Assembly: GCA_963693365.1 (NCBI GenBank)
Contig: CAVNZM010000095.1
Location: forward strand, 1 to 9,531
Direction: 5' to 3'
Source of the DNA: Amoebidium appalachense
Lineage: Eukaryota; Protista; Ichthyosporea
DNA: 9,531 nt
Under the pieces are notes generated by a model that saw only the letters and a list, made by a program, of their open reading frames with translations, had not been told where the DNA came from and did not search any database. Shown one piece after another: positions 7,493 to 9,531 of the stretch. Position numbers and translations under genes: made by a program. The stretch's first letter is position 1, and each line of letters opens with the position of its first letter.

Positions 7493-8248
7493 CTGGCACG
7501 GGTGTGGAAGGTAACACCATACAGGATTGGGGACATAAGTTCAACGGGCAAGTTGTTTGACGCGCTTCAATGTGACATTAGCGGTTCGGATTACCTCACG
7601 GGTGTCCCGCTGGATGGGTCTAGTCGTCCGCTATTCCGAGACAACGTGGTACCCCCTCACGTGACAATCATAACCGCTACATGCGTTAAATGCACTGGCG
7701 TGTGTACGCGTGTGTTGTGTTCCATCGATGCCGAGCTTCGCACCCGACGTCGCCGTGAAAGGATAGACCACAAGGAGACTTACATTGTCAATCCCATAGA
7801 AAACATAGCGGGTACCCACTTCTTCGATGGCGACTGCACTGAATATGGCAGGGAATTTCAAAGCCCAACCTCGGTTTGCACAACGTGCAATTCCAAGGGT
7901 ACGGTGCGGGGCAACGTTTTAATACTTCCTAGAATTCTCTTCGTCCACATGTCAGTGCAATCCGTGCCGCCTGTTCATGTCATGAATTGCGTAAACTTTA
8001 TGGGGCGCCAATACCATCTTGCCTACATTGGTCTTCACAAACCAGGTCACTTTTTCGGTGTGGCACCCGCATTCACATGGAAAAACGGGAGACCATATCA
8101 TCTCCACTGCGACGGTTTTGGTATGACCACGGAAAACCAGACACTGAGCTATGGGAGAGCACTGACACGGGACCTACCAATGTCTCTGTCCAAATGTCTC
8201 GGGAAGGTGGCGAGTGCGAAGGCTGGTGCCCATTATATGTTAAGTTGA
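7493..8248 (+). CDS. Exon 4, part 2 (same frame after the TGA): USP/peptidase C19-like finger and His box
   Basis: Same frame as ORF 6440. TCVKC...VCTTC zinc-ribbon pairs, ILPRILFVHM (cf. LPxVLxIHL), GRQYHLAYIGLHKPGHFFG (His 8048), HCDG (Asp 8111). Confidence 0.72.
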   Translation: MARVWKVTPYRIGDISSTGKLFDALQCDISGSDYLTGVPLDGSSRPLFRDNVVPPHVTIITATCVKCTGVCTRVLCSIDAELRTRRRRERIDHKETYIVNPIENIAGTHFFDGDCTEYGREFQSPTSVCTTCNSKGTVRGNVLILPRILFVHMSVQSVPPVHVMNCVNFMGRQYHLAYIGLHKPGHFFGVAPAFTWKNGRPYHLHCDGFGMTTENQTLSYGRALTRDLPMSLSKCLGKVASAKAGAHYMLS

Positions 8249-8384
8249 ATTGGGCACGCATCAAGGATGTGCATCTCAACTTCATGGTGTATGTGCCCGC
8301 GCAGGAACCACTGTTAGGCGTGGGCTCCCGCAAACTGACGTATGCTAAGTCAACTGTGGATGTAGTGTAGACGACGATATCGGA

Positions 8385-8396
8385 TTTTTTTTTATT

Positions 8397-8440
<44 letters not shown>

Positions 8441-8459
8441 CTTTTTTGTTTTTTTTTTT
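8385..8459. repeat. Low-complexity T-tract / G34 / T-tract
   Basis: Poly-T 8385-8406, poly-G 8407-8440, T-rich 8442-8459. Confidence 0.93.
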
Positions 8460-8991
8460 GCTGCCAACATGCCATTATCGTTTGAACTGGAATTTGAAGG
8501 ACATAATGCCTGCTCGTATTTAAATACACAATGAGTGTGCTGGTTGCATGCTGTCTGGATTTATTTCACGTAGGTGTATAAGTATAAGATCAAGATTGAA
8601 AATTATGCATAGAAGATATTTACGAATATAACATTGAATTGGCTGCTGTGTATGGTCCTTCAACGTAGTGACAACTAAAACATGCAAAATATATATGCTG
8701 ACCGCCGGCGGCGGGGTTTTATTCCATGTGAGCGGTACTTAGTCTATGTGAACCCAATTTAACATTGTGACGTAAGAATGATTAAGAATACAAGATGATT
8801 ACGACTATATTTAATAATGGTGTAATATGGATTCTGTAACGTGTAAATGCAATGGCGATAAATACATACAAACCACATGATACTACACCATTTGCAATGA
8901 GTTGGTAAAATCCTGCTGTCAGTGGCCATGATTTCTTTTCGACCAACACACAAAGCTACAAGCTCAGGACACTTTAATGATTATACCACAA

Positions 8992-9024
8992 CCCCCCCCC
9001 CCCCCCCCCCCTGGTCCCCCCCCC
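8992..9024. repeat. Poly-C low-complexity tract
   Basis: C run from 8992, then TGGT and a second C run. Confidence 0.9.
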
Positions 9025-9189
9025 GAACACATCATTTGCACCAAGAGCATAAAAAACTGGTAACAGTAGACATGATTTTTTCCCCAACACATGTCATAAG
9101 CTAATAGGCACGACAATGATTGTTTATTACGCACACACAGTTTCTCCCACCACGTCATACAAACCCACTGACCCCCCCCATGTCACCCA

Positions 9190-9249
9190 GGGTAGTAGGG
9201 GGGAGGGGGGTAGGGGGGAGGGGGGGAGGGGGGGAGGAGGGGGGGGGGG
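9190..9249 (+). repeat. G-rich tract (G-quadruplex-capable)
   Basis: Multiple runs of 4 or more G separated by A or TA. Confidence 0.8.
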
Positions 9250-9318
9250 TGCATTTTGGCCTGCCCGATATTCCCCCTAGACCAGCCAAATTTGACGTCC
9301 TGGATTTTAATTAGAGGT

Positions 9319-9352
9319 GACGACACTTTGGCCTGGACGACACTTTGGCCTG
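9319..9352. repeat. Perfect 17-bp tandem duplication GACGACACTTTGGCCTG x2
   Basis: Copies at 9319-9335 and 9336-9352, followed by CAACACCC. Confidence 0.9.
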
Positions 9353-9531
9353 CAACACCCCCAACCCCCCCTTTTCCCTATGTATTATAGCGCATTTTGC
9401 CTAATATGGACGTACAACGGTTAATAACTTTCCCCACAGAAATGGGGAGACAGTCCGACCGGTTTTGTTAGACCCCCCACACAGAGACACTGCCTAATGC
9501 AAATTTTGGTTGTGCTCCCATCAAACCCCTG

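Larger units (their letters stand above)
4506..8248 (+). mobile_element. Ginger/GIN-like integrase (transposase) gene, multi-exon: H2C2-DD35E-GPY/F-chromodomain-USP-like protease; possibly degenerate
   Basis: Gypsy-type integrase motifs spread over four exons joined by GT-AG introns. No RT, RNase H, gag or flanking LTRs in the window. TIRs not found, so a domesticated gene is not excluded. 5' end uncertain (acceptors at 4488 or 4505; in-frame GCCATG at 4595). Confidence 0.8.

Noticed and set aside
4506-8248. Chromovirus LTR retrotransposon pol or Maverick/Polinton
   Set aside because: No RT, RNase H or aspartic protease upstream, and introns are present. No polB, ATPase or capsid in the window, and the protease motif order (C..H..D) is not the adenain type. 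A Maverick fragment cannot be fully excluded.
4481-8333. Antisense and alternate-frame ORFs over the integrase gene (e.g. 5558-5902, 6082-6666, 6826-7143, 7631-7861)
   Set aside because: Shadows of the + strand coding frame, with no recognisable motifs.
211-8440. Poly-C plus CCGATCTCGATCGTAGAC (left) versus GTAGACGACGATATCGG plus poly-G (right) as TIRs of the integrase element
   Set aside because: Only about 14 of 18 matches with a gap, not extendable, separated from the poly-G by a T-tract, and no TSD seen.
8702-8711. CCGCCGGCGG palindrome as a Helitron 3' hairpin
   Set aside because: No CTRR at the expected short distance and no other Helitron features.
8759-9314. Short ORFs with poly-Pro or poly-Gly
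   Set aside because: Translations of C and G homopolymer tracts.

Overview
Eukaryotic, repeat-rich window with three nested components. (1) Two related tandem arrays (A: ~284-2930, 42-43-bp monomers; B: ~2999-4376, 48-52-bp monomers) share a 17-bp odd palindrome, GCGAATAT-W-ATATTCGC. All ORFs called over them are artefacts. (2) A complete 657-bp TRIM (miniature non-autonomous LTR retrotransposon, 3405-4061) is inserted in array B, with a 5-bp TSD (ACCTA), PBS and PPT. Each LTR carries a tRNA-like cloverleaf, a Cassandra-style design with tRNA instead of 5S (Helenus-like, from memory). (3) An intron-split Gypsy-type integrase gene (~4506-8248, + strand) with no RT, RNase H or gag in the window, i.e. 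Ginger/GIN-like. Its protein carries an H2C2 zinc finger, a DD35E core, a GPY/F-like region, a chromodomain and a C-terminal USP (peptidase C19)-like cysteine protease domain. An in-frame TGA splits the protease and one splice junction is out of phase, so the copy is either decaying or recoded. The right end is low-complexity and holds a possible terminus of another DNA transposon. All calls were made by eye; no searches were run.
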